From Centroscyllium fabricii (Eukaryota), in contig JBNRSN020000029.1 of the NCBI GenBank assembly GCA_051313645.2, positions 19,716,001 through 19,780,000 of the forward strand: DNA of 64,000 nt. Direction: 5' to 3'. Each line of letters starts with the position of its first letter. The first letter of the stretch is position 1. The notes below the pieces were generated by a model, which saw only the letters and a list, made by a program, of their open reading frames with translations, was not told the origin of the DNA and ran no database searches. The position numbers and the translations under genes are program-made. Positions 1 to 12,218 of this stretch are shown one piece after another.

Positions 1-3000
1 AGGCGCTGGTAAAATCTGCCTGCATGTTTTCCCAAGGCCCCCTGCGATGAGGCTAATGTGTCATTCATATCTTAACCGGGCGACCAGGGTTATGCTGGGT
101 GCACGTGATACAACGTTGACTGTGTTTAGCCACGTCTTGCCCCAACCCAGGCCACCACCAATCTTTTCAGAACATTTCAATCACCCGTCTCCGGCCTGTA
201 TGAGTTATTCCATGATGCATTTCCAATAACATTTTTCTAATACAATTTGGAGCTATGGCTTTTCCCTATTTTGTCCATTCCAAGTTTGCATCTTGCCGCG
301 CAGCTGCCTGGTACCATACCACTTCTCCACCTCTCCCGTGTCCGCAGGTAGCTTAAAGGAATTAATTTAATCTATCGGCAGACCTCGCAATTTCCCCCCG
401 TCTTTTTCCTCAATTCCCTGCTCTAGGGAATTTTGTGCCACGGCATCCGCGGCCTGATTCCCTGTTAGTTCTTGACTTTGTACCGTTTGGTTTTCCTTCA
501 TGTTAATGACCGCTGCCTGCACTGGCCATTCTGCTGCATGCAGGGGAACTTCTATTCGCAACTGGTGTTTAGTAGGTTTCCCCCGGTCGTTACAAAAGCT
601 CTACGTCCCCAGGCTGTGATATAGCCATGCCCAACCCCGAACGCATACCGAATGTCTGTATATATGTTTACTGTTTTATCCTAAGCTTATTCTAGCGCCA
701 TTGTAAAGGCAACTATTTCAGCCACTTGTGCCAAGTGTCCTCCGTCCAATCTTCCTGATAATTCTGTCTCTAACTGCTCATTTACCACTGCATATCCTGT
801 TCTCGGGTCCCATTGGTATATATCCTACATCCATTGTCATACAGGGCGAGCTGAGCATCCGTCAGTGGCTCATCCTGCACTTGGTTTTCCACGAATTACC
901 CTTGTAGCTCAGAACACTGTTGCGGGCCTCACTCACTCAAGATGCCCTGTGAGAGATTTCCCCCTGTACCTCGAATTATTTTATTAGACTGGTCCATGGG
1001 TTATAGAATCGCTTCCTACCGAGATCTACGCATATTGGAGACTGACTTTAATTTTCCCACATTTAACATTACTACCAATGTATGTCGCGTGTGTAGGGCG
1101 ATATCCCGCTCTATTGCGGTTGGTTCTCTAAATTAACTGTCCGGGCAGCTCAATCAGGTGCCGCTATGCATCGCAACATTCCGGCCGCTACTGGGAATTG
1201 CTGTGTGGAGTAATATGCTACCAGTCGCCTCCGATCACCGTGTTGTTGTGTAACTGCAGCTGCATAGAACGCTCCTTCATTCTCACAGTGTATGTGGTCT
1301 GGTTTCTGCATATCTGGTAATCCTGAACCTGGAGATGTTATTAAGGCCCGTTTCATAAGAACATAAGAAATAGCAGCAGGAGTAGGCCAATCGTTCCCTC
1401 GAGCCTGCTCCGCCATTTAATAAGATCATGGCTGATCTGATCCTAACCTCAATTTTATTTTTACTCTCCATCCCGCCCAAACGCATGTCATCACCCGGGT
1501 GAAGGCAAAAAAACAGATAAAATACCCAGTGGCCAATTTGGGAGAAAAAATCTGGGAAATTCCTCACCGACCCATCTATGCGATCGAAAACTGGTCCAGG
1601 AGATCACATGGCGTATCTGAACCTAGCCTCACGTCCACTTACCTGCCCGCTCACCATAATCCCGAATTCCCTTTACTGCAATGAAACTGCCTATCTCTGT
1701 TTTAAATGTATTCAATGCAGTAGCTTCCACAGCTCTCTGGGGCAGCAAATTCCACATCGTCACCACCCTCTGAGTGAAGAAGTTTCTCCTTCTCTCAGTT
1801 TTGAAATGGCAGCCCCTTATTTTAAGATTATGCCCCCTAGTCCTAGTTTCACCCGCCATTGGGAACATCCACACCACATCCACCCGATCAAGCCCTCTAA
1901 CAATCTTATATGTTTCAACAAGATCGCCTCACATTCTTCTAAACTATAATGAGTAGAGGCCCAATCTACTCAGCCTTCGTCATATGTTAGCCCCCTTGTC
2001 CCCGAAATTAACCTAGTGAACCTTCTTTGCATTGCCTCGGGAGCAAGTATGTCCTTTCTTAAATATGGATACCAGAAATGCACGCAGTATTCCAGGTGTG
2101 GTCTCAGCAATACCCTGTACATCTGCAGCAAGACCTCCTTGCTTTTATACTCAATCCCCTTAGCAATAAAAGCCAACATTCCGTTGGCCTTCCTGAACAC
2201 CTGCTGCACCTGCATATTAACGTTTGTATTTCCTGCACCAAGACCCCCAGATCCCTTTGCACTGAAGTATTTTCCAGTTTCTTTCCAATTAGATAATAAC
2301 TCGCTCTATTATTTTTCCTGCCAACGTGCATAACTTCACACTTTCCAGTATTATACTCCATCTGCCAAATCTCTGCCTACTCACTTATCATATCTATGTC
2401 CTTTTGCAGGTTTTTAATGTCCTCCTCACTCATCACCCTCCCTCCCATCTTTGTGTCATCCGCAAACTTTGATATGTTGCACTTGGTTCCTTCTTCCAAA
2501 TGATTAATATAGATTGTAAAGAGTTGGGGTCCCAGCACCGACCCTTGCGGAACACCACTAGTGACTGAATGCCAGTCTGAGAACGAACCATTTATCCCAA
2601 CTCTCTGTTTTCTGTTAGAAAGCCAATGCTCCACCCATGCCAGAATATTACACCCAACCCCGTGATTTTTTATCTTGAGTAATAATCTTATTTGGGGAAC
2701 CTTGTCAAATGCCTTTTGGAAGTCTATATACACTATATCCACTGGTTTCCCTTTATCCACCCTATACGTTATGTCCTCAAAGAACTCTAGCAAATTTGTC
2801 AAACATCACTTCCCCTTTGTAAAACCATGCTGAATTTGTCCTATTAAATTATGTATATCCAAATGCCCTGTTACTGTTTCTTTAATAATGGATTCTAACA
2901 TTTTGCCAACCACAGATGTTAGGCTAACTGGTCTATAATTTCCAGCATTCTGTCGATGACCCTTTTCCAATCTGCCAGAACCTTTGCCGAGTCCAGAGAG

Positions 3001-4700
3001 TTTTTAAAAATTATTAGCAACGCATCCACTATCGCTACCGCCACTTCCCTCAAGACCCTAGGATGTAAGCCATCAGGTCCAAGGGATTTATCCTGGACCT
3101 GATGGCTCCTTAAGTTATCCTCCTTAAGTTACATATTTTTCCCGAGTACCACTTCCTTAGTGACTTTAATCGTAATTAGCTCCTCCCCCCGAGAGCCACC
3201 TGTTTATCCAATGTTGGGATATTTTGAGTGTCCTCAATATTTGTTCAGTGCATTTGCCATCTGCATGTCCCCTACCATTAATTTCCCGGTCTCATCCTCT
3301 AAAGGACCAACATTCATCATATGCGTTTTCCTGTTCACGCCACCATTCCATGGGCACTATCGCGGGCTTCCTCGGTTTAATAACCTCTGCCTTGGGTATG
3401 CTATTGGTGCGACATTTGATATGAGGTTCCTACTGCAGTGAATAGGCTCAGGAACTTCCGGTCCCCTCTTTCTGAAACGGGTCTAGGCATTTCTTGAATC
3501 AACTTCTGTCGATCACTGGTCATGGTCCTGGCCCCCTGCGGCAACTTTTGTCCCAGGTAAATAACCGTGGACTTTCCGATTTGGGCTTTTTGGGGGTTCA
3601 CTTTATATCCACCCTTTTGTCGAGCTTGTTAGACCACAACCAGGGCTGCTGCATGTACGCTTTCGGCATCTGACGCTATTACATAGTCCACATCTTGTGC
3701 TATTGTACTACGGTAATGACATATGTCCACTGTCTCTAATAATGAACTAATTACCTGGTGAAATTTCGCCGGCCTATTATAAAATCCCTGAGGCAGCCGA
3801 ATCCCGGTGTATTGTCAATCCCCTGCAGTAAATGCAAATTTCTCTTGTGAGTCCTGATCTAATGTTAAAGACCGTAATCCATTAGCAATATCTATTACGG
3901 TAAATATCTTATGTTCTGGACTGAAGCAGTTTAATATAATGTCTGGGCTCGCCACTGATGGGAGCAATTTTGTTCTTACCCTGTTAAGCGCAGTATAATC
4001 CATAGTAAGCTGTTACGATCCGTCAGGTTTCTTAACCGGCCAGGCCGGTGAATGGGTTGTACTTTCTACTTCCTCTCCTTTCTTCTAATTGCCTGACGAT
4101 TTTTTCGACTGCTTTCTTCACTTCGGGCTTAATGGGATATGGTTTATGGGGTTTTTAATTTTGTCCAAGGACACATATGGTTTTGGTTGTGACCAATCCA
4201 GTATCCTGCTTTGAGGCGGCCCATACCGCTTTTCCCAAAGTGCCCTTCCTGCATCCAATCTTGGGTTAGTTTCTTCAGACTACTCGCGAGTGCCAAACAG
4301 GGGAATGGCTTGTCCCAGATGTCATTATTCCCATCTCCCTTAGCCCACGTTAGGCTTCCTTGATTTAAGTCTGTTGACAAGTTAAATTATTTGTGTAAAT
4401 CAATCCCCCCAAAAATCCCCTCGCTGTTGGGCCACTCATAAAACTGTGCCGGTAATAATAATAAAAAATAATAATAACCGTCCCTCTAACTCTAATACTT
4501 GTAAATCACTACGGTCTGCCTGTATACGTCACCCCTACCCGTATTATGTCTATTCTGTGTTTGCTAAGAGGGAGAGGCGAATCCGTGATTGATGCAGATG
4601 CCCCCGTGTCTATCAACATGTTGCACTGCCGACTCCCTAGCAGCGCTGATACATACACCCGGGGGTCGTCCATCGCCTTCCTTTTTAAGGGGGGCGACGT
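1..4700 (-). pseudogene. pol: ERV pro-pol pseudogene, interrupted by a CR1 at 1357-3312
   Basis: ORF fragments 3815-4003 (DYTALN..DIANG..KFAFT), 3401-3601 (NPQKAQIG..YLG, RT thumb), 1150-1416 and 367-561. Removing the CR1 restores the in-frame junction ENAYDE|MKRALITSPG. Confidence 0.88.
1357..3312 (-). mobile_element. 5'-truncated CR1 LINE inserted in ERV pol
   Basis: ORF2 RT motifs YIDFQKAFDKV, GVPQGSVLGP, KFADDTK and LRPHLEYCV; C-terminal RTRGH..RNFFTQRVV..WN; 3' (CATAAGAA)n tail at ~1354-1370. Confidence 0.95.
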
Positions 4701-4829
4701 TTGTCACTGGCCCCCCTTTTCCTTTAAATACTGAAGGAACTCATCAAAGAGGGGGCCATTAGTATCGGACTCTGTTAGCTGGTCGCCTTTCTTTGTCCAG
4801 CACTTGTCAGACGTAGTTTCGGGCTTTTT

Positions 4830-7330
4830 ACACTTGGTACACACGGGTCTGTTTTGATGAGGGCGAGACATATTTGACCATGTGTCCCAAATTCCTAAAA
4901 TTAAAACACGCTCCCTTCTTCCTCTGCCCCGCCGCTATCCCAGTAGCCGCTGGGCCCACTCTTTCCTGCTTAATGACGGGCGCCCCCTCGGCCTCCTTTG
5001 CATCAACGTGGCATGTCCATCGCGCAGCCGCATCGTAAGTGTCGGCAGTCACTACTCCCATCTGCAATATTGCCTGATGAGGTTGCGACCGTCCGTCTTT
5101 AAACATCTTTACGAAGGCCCCATCAGTCTTTTGGATGACGCAATCTCCCTAACACTGCACACTGTCCTAGAACACCTGGATACAAGGGAGACTTATGTCA
5201 GACTGTTGTTCATCGAATACAGTTCTGCATTTAATACCATTGTTCCCTCCAAGCTAATCCTGAAACTGAAGGACCTAGGCCTGGCAACCCCATCTGCAGC
5301 TGGATTCTGGACTTCCTGACTGGTAGGCCTCAAGTGGTGAGAATAGGGAACAACACCTCCTCCACACTGGTCCTCAATACCGGAGCGCCACAGGGCTGCT
5401 GCCTCAGTCCTCGGCTGTACTCTCTGTTCACAAACGATTGTACAGCCCAACACAGCAACAACCGAATAATAAAGTTTGCCGATGACACCACGGTAATTGC
5501 CCTGATCAGTAATGAGGAGGAGACAGAGTACAGGGATGAGATAGTTCAGCTGATGGGATGGTGCAAGGATAACAATCTTGCCCTGAACGTCAGCAAGACG
5601 AAGGAACTCATCGTGGACTTCAGACGCCATCAAAAGAACCAGCGACCAATCACAATAGGCGGGTTACCGGTAGAAAGAGTCAGCTGCTTTCGATTCCTAG
5701 GTCTGCAGATCTCTGACGATCTGACTTGGAACTCTAACACCAAGGAAATGCTGAAGAAGGCACACCAGCGCCTCTACCCGCTGCGGTGCCTGAGGAAATG
5801 CGGTATAAGCACACAATGGCTTGTGAACTTTTACAGCGGAACCATAGAGAGCGTCTTGTCAGGTGGCGTCACTGTGTGGTATGGCAACACCACTGTTCAG
5901 GACAGGAAAGCAATCCAGAGGGTTGCGAGGACGGCAGGAACAATTATCGGGTGTACACTCCCATCCATCGAAGAGATCTTCCAGACTAGATGTCGGAACA
6001 AGGCCCGTGCCATTATCTAAGACCCAAACCACCCTGGGCATGATCTGTTCTCCCTCCTGCGATCCGGCCGTCGGTACCGCAGCATCCGAACCAGGACCAG
6101 CAGATTCAAAAACTGTTTTTATCCACAGGCAGTGCGCCTACTGAACTGCTAACGGCAATTGTTATTTATCTGTTTATCTGATTATTAATTGTTTCTATAT
6201 TTACACTTGTTCTTACCTTTTTACTTTGTGCTTTTCTTCATTTATAAGTGTGGGAGTGAATGGGGAGTAAGCATTCCATTGTACTAGTTACATTTGGCAA
6301 ATAAAATGATCTTGTATCTTGTATCTTTTGGAGATTAAGCTGTCCCGATGACTCTTGATAAGCGGTAAACAGTCGTTCACCATAATCACCGCTAATTTCC
6401 CCTTTCCACTGTTTCCTCAATATTATGCGCGATAATTTGATGTTGATCCTTGCAAGACTGCTTGTGCTGCTATTTTAACGGAATTATCAGCTTGCCATTG
6501 TGTTGCCATATCAGCGTTCAGGGTTTGTGGCTTTGTACACTGTCCATTACGTTGGCCTGCAAGATCTGCAGCTCCTCTAACATTGCTTCATGTGTCCCGG
6601 GGACAATTGGCTCTAACCAGTTGATGTAAGTCCCGAGGACTTAGGTCATGTTTATCACTTGCCTCCTCGAGACTTCTCCAAAACTTTGCATTGGCACAGC
6701 GTGGCTTCCGTGTCCCGAGGTCGTTTAATATTTCTTGATTTTCCAAGGGACTAAAAGCCTGGTACTGCGCTGTCGGGGCTGCTGGCATTACCCATCCTTT
6801 GCGAGCTACTTTAGTTCCTGCTTCCCCGATTTCATTCTCACTATCGATATCTTCTATGGGTGGGGCTGATGCGACGGGGGCATAAGGGGGTGGTTTTTCA
6901 CCCTTTGATTCTGGATCTTGCACTCTGATTTTGGCACAAAGAAGCGCCCGTCTTTCATTCCAATTCTCGGACTTGTCCCGGTAACCAATTTTCCCGTCCT
7001 CGTGGGGACTGAGTCGCCCTTCTCCCCATTAATTGACACTCTAATTCTAGGATCCTCTCAGTTTAGTTGTAATACTCGTGTGAAGTTTCTGTACTTTGTT
7101 CGTCACTGCAACTAACTGGTGAATTAGCCTCACCCCCACTTTCTTTCCCTTCTTTTGTTTATGACCTTCCCAACATTTTCTTTAATCTTTCGGATTCTGG
7201 AGCGTGTCCAAATCCTGCTTTCTCATTTTATCAACTAAACCCTTCCGGTCTTCTGCATGGAAGCTTGTGCCCATTCTATTCCTTCCCAAAGGCCATTCTG
7301 TAGTCCAACTTACAGTCTTATGAATTGCTG
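4830..7330 (-). pseudogene. gag: ERV gag pseudogene, interrupted by a Rex/Babar LINE at 5136-6323
   Basis: Lies between the PBS/leader and the protease. Contains a PPPY late-domain motif (KPPPYAPVASAPP) and a C-terminal degenerate CCHC-like knuckle. Boundaries approximate. Confidence 0.7.
5136..6323 (+). mobile_element. 5'-truncated Rex1/Babar-type LINE inserted in ERV gag
   Basis: RT segments [34 protein letters not shown] and [23 protein letters not shown] (ORF 5334-6020). AATAAA at ~6299 and a (ATCTTGT)n tail. 9-bp target duplication TCTTTTGGA at 5127-5135 and 6324-6332. Confidence 0.9.
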
Positions 7331-7688
7331 ATTTCCTCTCCGCGTTTTGTTGATACCTATTAGTGATTTCAGCGGTTAGTTAGTCACAATATTATTGACG
7401 TCACTATCCCTTACAGACCAAGCTCAATCCTTTCATTTACTTGATCCTGGCCATCACGAGGGCCCCAATCGCCTTCTTCATTCCGGTTCAGGCTGGATGA
7501 ATGAGATTTTCGCTCCAACTTGTGCTTTGTCGATCAGTCAATCATGCATTCCTACGCGACATTCATTGCTACCACATCAAGTCTCATCAACACACACTTC
7601 AGACTTTACATCAAACTGTCTCTCCTTACTTATCAAAGATTCCTTGATTCGTAACCATCGGTTCTGCCGCTCTCCTGTGTGACTCAAT

Positions 7689-8744
7689 GGGCCCTGTTTT
7701 CCTGTGCTCCAGAGGAGCTGCACACTCACGAAGGGGGTTCAGAAATGCCCCGTGGGTGTGCAGCACGGGTGAGTCCCACGAACGTCAAATTCCTGTGCTG
7801 ATGGGCAAGGACCTTCAGCTTCCAACGCAGGAAGACCTTGCACTGACGATTTCCTGTAAGAACTGGTCAAAATGCGTGTGTAATCACGTGGGCAAGTCTC
7901 TCTGCAGCTGCCCATTTAGAAATCAGACTTTGAGGGTGCTGCAGTGCGTTCAGAACGGGAGAAACACGTTGAAAAGCTTTAAAAGGTAAGTCAATTGTTG
8001 ATTCATTTGGAGTTTCAACTTTTAAATTGAAGTGTTTTTTTTTTAATTGAAAAAAAATGGGTTTTAAACGGGTTTTGAGCAGTTTTGCTGGCTTTTCTTT
8101 TTAAAGACCGTTTTTGTAAATATTAAACTATCTGCTGTCTTCTCACTGTGTGTGTTGTTTGAACTGTTAAATTTGAGTGATTCTAAAGTTTTTTTTTAAA
8201 TAAAAAAACCCGGGTTTTTAACTGTTTTTGCAGCCTTTTCTTTTTTAAACACTGGTTTTTGATTGCTAATGTAAAAATTAACTAGCTGCTGTCTTCTGAG
8301 ATAAGTTAAAACCTCATGGATCTAGAACTTTCACACAGCACTTCCGTTTTAAACAAAATAAAAACAACTAAATATCGTTGCTAATTCATCCAATACATCA
8401 GAAAATGATGACTAGAAAAATATTTAAAATTTAAAAAAATGTAAACAAAAAACGATCAAACCTAAGCAATCATACTTACAGATCTTTTCAGCTGCTGTGC
8501 CTTTGCTTTCTGCTAGATTCTGTGCGTTCTGTGGGGGCGTGGTCAGAAAAAGCGGACTTCAGTGGGCGTGACTTGGTCACAGCCCACACTCAAAGCTCAA
8601 CGCACCAGCAGCAGCCAGAACCCTACTTTTCCCACGAAGACGGCAAATCTAATAGGAAATTGACGGGGAAAAAAACGTGCGCGTGCGCTGCGGGTGTGCA
8701 GGAGTGCGCACCCACAGCAAACGGAGCACAGGAAAACAGGGCCC
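7689..8744. mobile_element. Non-autonomous Harbinger-type MITE in the ERV leader
   Basis: Perfect 22-bp TIR GGGCCCTGTTTTCCTGTGCTCC / GGAGCACAGGAAAACAGGGCCC; 3-bp TSD AAT (7686-7688, 8745-8747); AT-rich centre. Confidence 0.9.
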
Positions 8745-8815
8745 AATGTATGGGCGGTCAAAAATTTGACTTACACCCATTTACACCGGTACCGGGCGGA
8801 CCTCAGCCCTAGAGC

Positions 8816-8833
8816 ATCCTGCCGACTACCCCA
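8816..8833 (-). promoter_or_regulatory. Primer binding site complementary to the tRNA-Ser 3' end
   Basis: Minus strand TGGGGTAGTCGGCAGGAT matches TGGCGTAGTCGGCAGGAT (complement of vertebrate tRNA-Ser ...ATCCTGCCGACTACGCCA) at 17/18, and lies 2 nt after the LTR-terminal CA. Confidence 0.88.
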
Positions 8834-8835
8834 CA

Positions 8836-9453
8836 TGTTAGCGTAAATAAATGCACTCTCCTCTACTTAATGTAAAGGCACACAGTTTACTATATGAAGC
8901 ACTTCGCGAGAAGAGTTCAGAAATATCCGCAGTCGAGTAACCCTCTTATCGGCTTTACAATGGCAGCCAAGCTTCTTTTATACAGTTCAAAAAGCCGGAA
9001 AGGTACCGCTTTCAGCAGTTATTACATTAATTATTTGGCCAATTCGGTGCCTTAGCAACCTGCAATCACATTATTTCAAAAACAACCTAATTATAAAACA
9101 ACTTAATTATATTACTATACCGTTAGCTAACTTCTTTCAATACCAACTTAATTATATTACTATACCGTTAGCTAACTTATTTCAAAATCAGCTTAATTAT
9201 ATTTCTATACCGTTAGCTAAATTCGTTCAAAAACAACGTACTTATATTACTATACCGTTAGCTAACTTCTTTCAAAAACAACTTAATTATATTACTATAC
9301 ACCTTCGCATGACATGTTGGTATTTTGCAGCCCTACTCTGACAATGCCTGCCAGTTGCTTAAATCAGCCTTAACCTAAACCTCCAAAAACAACCTTTACC
9401 TCCCTTATTCTTCCTAAGCATATTTTTTTGCACGTACTTCACAAGAAGCGACA
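8836..9453 (-). repeat. 5' LTR of the ERV
   Basis: On the minus strand it starts TGTCGC and ends GCTAACA next to the PBS. TATAAAA at ~8976-8982; tandem 45-bp array in U3. The outer boundary is less certain because no second LTR is in the window. Confidence 0.72.
9071..9300. repeat. 45-bp tandem repeat (~5 copies) in LTR U3
   Basis: Unit ACTTAATTATATTACTATACCGTTAGCTAACTTCTTTCAAAAACA starting at 9101, 9146, 9191, 9236 and 9281. Confidence 0.9.
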
Positions 9454-11360
9454 GCCACAATTGACACCCTCAACTCTAATCACTCAGTGATATGGAACAA
9501 AGCGTTTATTTGTTCGTGGGAAGCCGCGTGACTGCACCCGTCACCACTGGAGATGCTGACCCCGTTCTGGAGAGCAATGTTGATGTCAGCACCTTCTGGT
9601 CTTCTCTCATTCCTCTTGATCCTCACAACATAAGACTTTGTCACTTTCCATCCAAATAACTATTTCGCTGCACTCATTCCTCCCTTTCAGACACCCTGTC
9701 CTGACGCTAAAGCCACTCTTGTACCTCCCTACTTTCAGATGGTGATTCACCAGCTGAAGAGACGGGCCCTCAAGCTGCAGGTCTGAGGGAAGCTGAAGGC
9801 GAGGTGGAAGAGGAAGCCGGAGCATCACCACCACCCTTTCCCGAGGAAGCTCATGTCCACACTGAGAAAACGCCTTCCTGGAGGGGAGCAGGGTATAATG
9901 GCCTGATGAGGGGGATGGTGCAACCCCAGAGGGCTGCAGCTAATCGATGGGGGTAGGGAATCTCGAGGCCCTTGTCCGCGGACGGAGATGAGGTCATCGA
10001 CTCCTGCTGTACTGACCGTAGAGGAGGAGCAGCTCCTCGCTAAAATGAGCACCGAGGTTAGGCAAATGTACACTGAGCGCATGGGTGCAGTGGGAAGTTT
10101 GCCTGTATCCATGGAGTTAATGGCTACGAGTCTGGGGCACTTCGCTGCAGCACATGTGGATGCCATGCAGATGCTTATTTAGTCAGTGGCTGCTGGCATG
10201 CAGCCGCTAATTGAGGCGATACGAACACTGACTTTTGCCATTCTGTCTGGTTTGAACACAACTACCTGGTGCTCTCAATGTGCCGCAGCAGGCCAGCAAT
10301 GTGTGCTTAAGCAGATTGCTCCAAATGATGAGGCGCAGACCCTTGGGATTGCTAATGTGTTGGACGAGCTGTGAGGTGCTGTCCTCTCTCAAGGTGACAG
10401 CATTACTGATGCCACCAGTGTCACTACTCAACTGCACCTGTCCCAGCCTATAGGACAGATTGCTTCCGCCCATACAGAGTTGTAGCATTCTGCAGCCGTG
10501 ACCTTCAGGCCCAGAGCTGGTCGAGGACACCCTTCAAGCATCGACAGTCTCAGGGTCAGAGAATCAGCAGCCGTCCGCCAGCCTTGTTGCAGCCACTGGG
10601 GATCCATTACGGAGGAGCAGCAGGGTGGGAAGGGGGGAAGTGCACAAGGTAAGGAAATCACCATCTAACGGCAAAAAGTTGGAGGTGTGAATAAATATAG
10701 CTAATTGTTTTCTTAGAAGCTGAGTTTCGTGGTCACAAGTGTTTTACTATATTGGGCATGATCTCCAGTTTTTGAGAGCCAGTTAGGTAAAACACTGTTT
10801 TTCCGTGATTCTTTGTATTATTTTGCCATGCAGAAATCTGACAGAGTTTGTCAAATAAATAATTTTTAAAGTTCAAAAATTGATGTTGTTGTTTGCCATC
10901 ATTGATGCCTTGACTGCTTTAGGGGTTGAAGGTTGGTTCCATTCAGATTTTTCTCAATGACATGGGTTCTTTACCTCAACAGGGGCCTAGGAGCGGCTTG
11001 CACTAAGCAATTGATGTACGGTCCATCCAGTTTCCACATCCCTCCAGCCTTGCTGCTGCTGATGATGATCATTCCCCTCTTCATCTTTTTCGTCCTCTTC
11101 CTCCTTCTCTGGTGGTGCTGCAATGCCTGGTGCGATTGGCTGTCTTCTGAGGATTGCAATGTTATGCAGCAAGCAGCACACAATCACGAAGTGGGAGATT
11201 CACTCAGGCGAGTACTGGAGGGCTACTCCAGAATGATCCAGACAGCGGAAACTTTTCTTGAACACTCAGATTGTGTGCTCAATGATGTTCCTGGTGGCTT
11301 GATGGCTCTCGTTGTATTGTTGATCAGCAGGGGCATTGGGCAAATGGATCATTGGTATTA

Positions 11361-11803
11361 GAAACATAGAAACATTGAAACATAGAAGATAGGAGCAGGA
11401 GTAGGCCATTGGGCCCTTCGAGCCTGTTCCGCCATTCAATGAGATCATGGCTGATCATCCAAAACAAGCACCCCGACCCTGCCTTCTCCCTATATCCCTC
11501 GAACCCTATCGACCTTGCACCAACACGTATCCCAAACTACCCCCGTAACCTCACATATTCAATCCCCCTATCCCCGTAACCTCACATATCCAATCCCACT
11601 GACACTAAGGGACAATTTATCATGGCCAATCAACCTAACCTGCACATCTTTGGACTCTGGGAGGAAACCGGAGCACCCGGAGGAAACCCAAGCAGACACG
11701 GGGAGAATGTGCAAACTCCACACAGATAGTACCCGAGGCCGGATCTGAACCCGGATCTCTAGCGTTGTGAGGCAACAGTGCTAACCACTATGCCACCGTA
11801 CCG
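11361..11803 (-). mobile_element. tRNA-derived V-domain SINE with CR1-type tail
   Basis: A box TGGCATAGTGG, B box GGTTCAGATCC, V-domain core GTGGAGTTTGCACATTCTCCCCGTGTCTGC..GGGTTTCCTCCGGGTGCTCCGGTTTCCTCCC, and a CR1 3' stem-loop with (CATAGAAA) tail. Confidence 0.88.
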
Positions 11804-12218
11804 CCAGGGGCACGGAGAATGCCCCTTGTCCCTGAGCGGACATCCTCCTGGGAGATGTGGTGTCTGGAAGAGATCTGCCAAAGCAATCTGGTGCAGTATG
11901 AAGGCACCGTGGCTGCTACCTGGATAGTGGGCATTGACAGTGAGTATCAGCAGTCTGTGGTCACACATCAAAGGCACGTTTAGGGAATCAAAGCCCTTTC
12001 TGTTGCAGAAATCTTTGGCATTCTCATGCGGTGGATGCAAAGCCGCAAGCACGCAGTCAATGGCGCACTGCACTATGGCGATGCCCATTTGAAGTTCTTG
12101 CTGCTTGTCCTGGGTCATGCAGGACGATATATACTCTCACCTACTTTTGTACAGGGCATTTGTTTCCTGATGTATGCAGCAACGCACCACAAACTGGGAG
12201 ATAATGGCCCAACAATTA

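Larger units (their letters stand above)
1..9453 (-). mobile_element. Decayed endogenous retrovirus (5' LTR-PBS-gag-pro-RT-tether-RNase H-start of integrase), running off the left edge of the window
   Basis: Minus-strand motifs occur in retroviral order: LTR 9453-8836, PBS 8833-8816, gag PPPY (ORF 6588-6923), degenerate zinc knuckle (CFNFRNLGH, ORF 4828-5106), protease LIDTGASAS (~4590-4620), RT FTVIDIANG / RLPQGFYN / QDVDY (decayed YVDD, ~3680-3700), tether ALITSPG..LPD..VAYYS (ORF 1150-1416), RNase H AQVAEIVA / VNIYTD.RYAFGV / GNQAADA (~440-740), IN zinc finger H..TH and GPWENMQADFT (~1-215). Many stops and frameshifts. Confidence 0.9.

Noticed and set aside
8816-8833. tRNA-Ser gene fragment
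   Set aside because: Only the 18-nt 3' end including CCA is present, next to the LTR, so it is a PBS.
9454-9480. Polypurine tract that would make env and gag-pol a tandem provirus sharing one LTR
   Set aside because: No purine run precedes the LTR on the minus strand, and the flank looks Harbinger-derived.
10933-11361. 142-aa plus-strand ORF with a hydrophobic stretch
   Set aside because: Antisense shadow of the acidic C-terminus of the Harbinger transposase.
11730-11803. tRNA gene suggested by A/B boxes (also ~34420-34490)
   Set aside because: These are SINE heads, followed by a V-domain and a CR1 tail.
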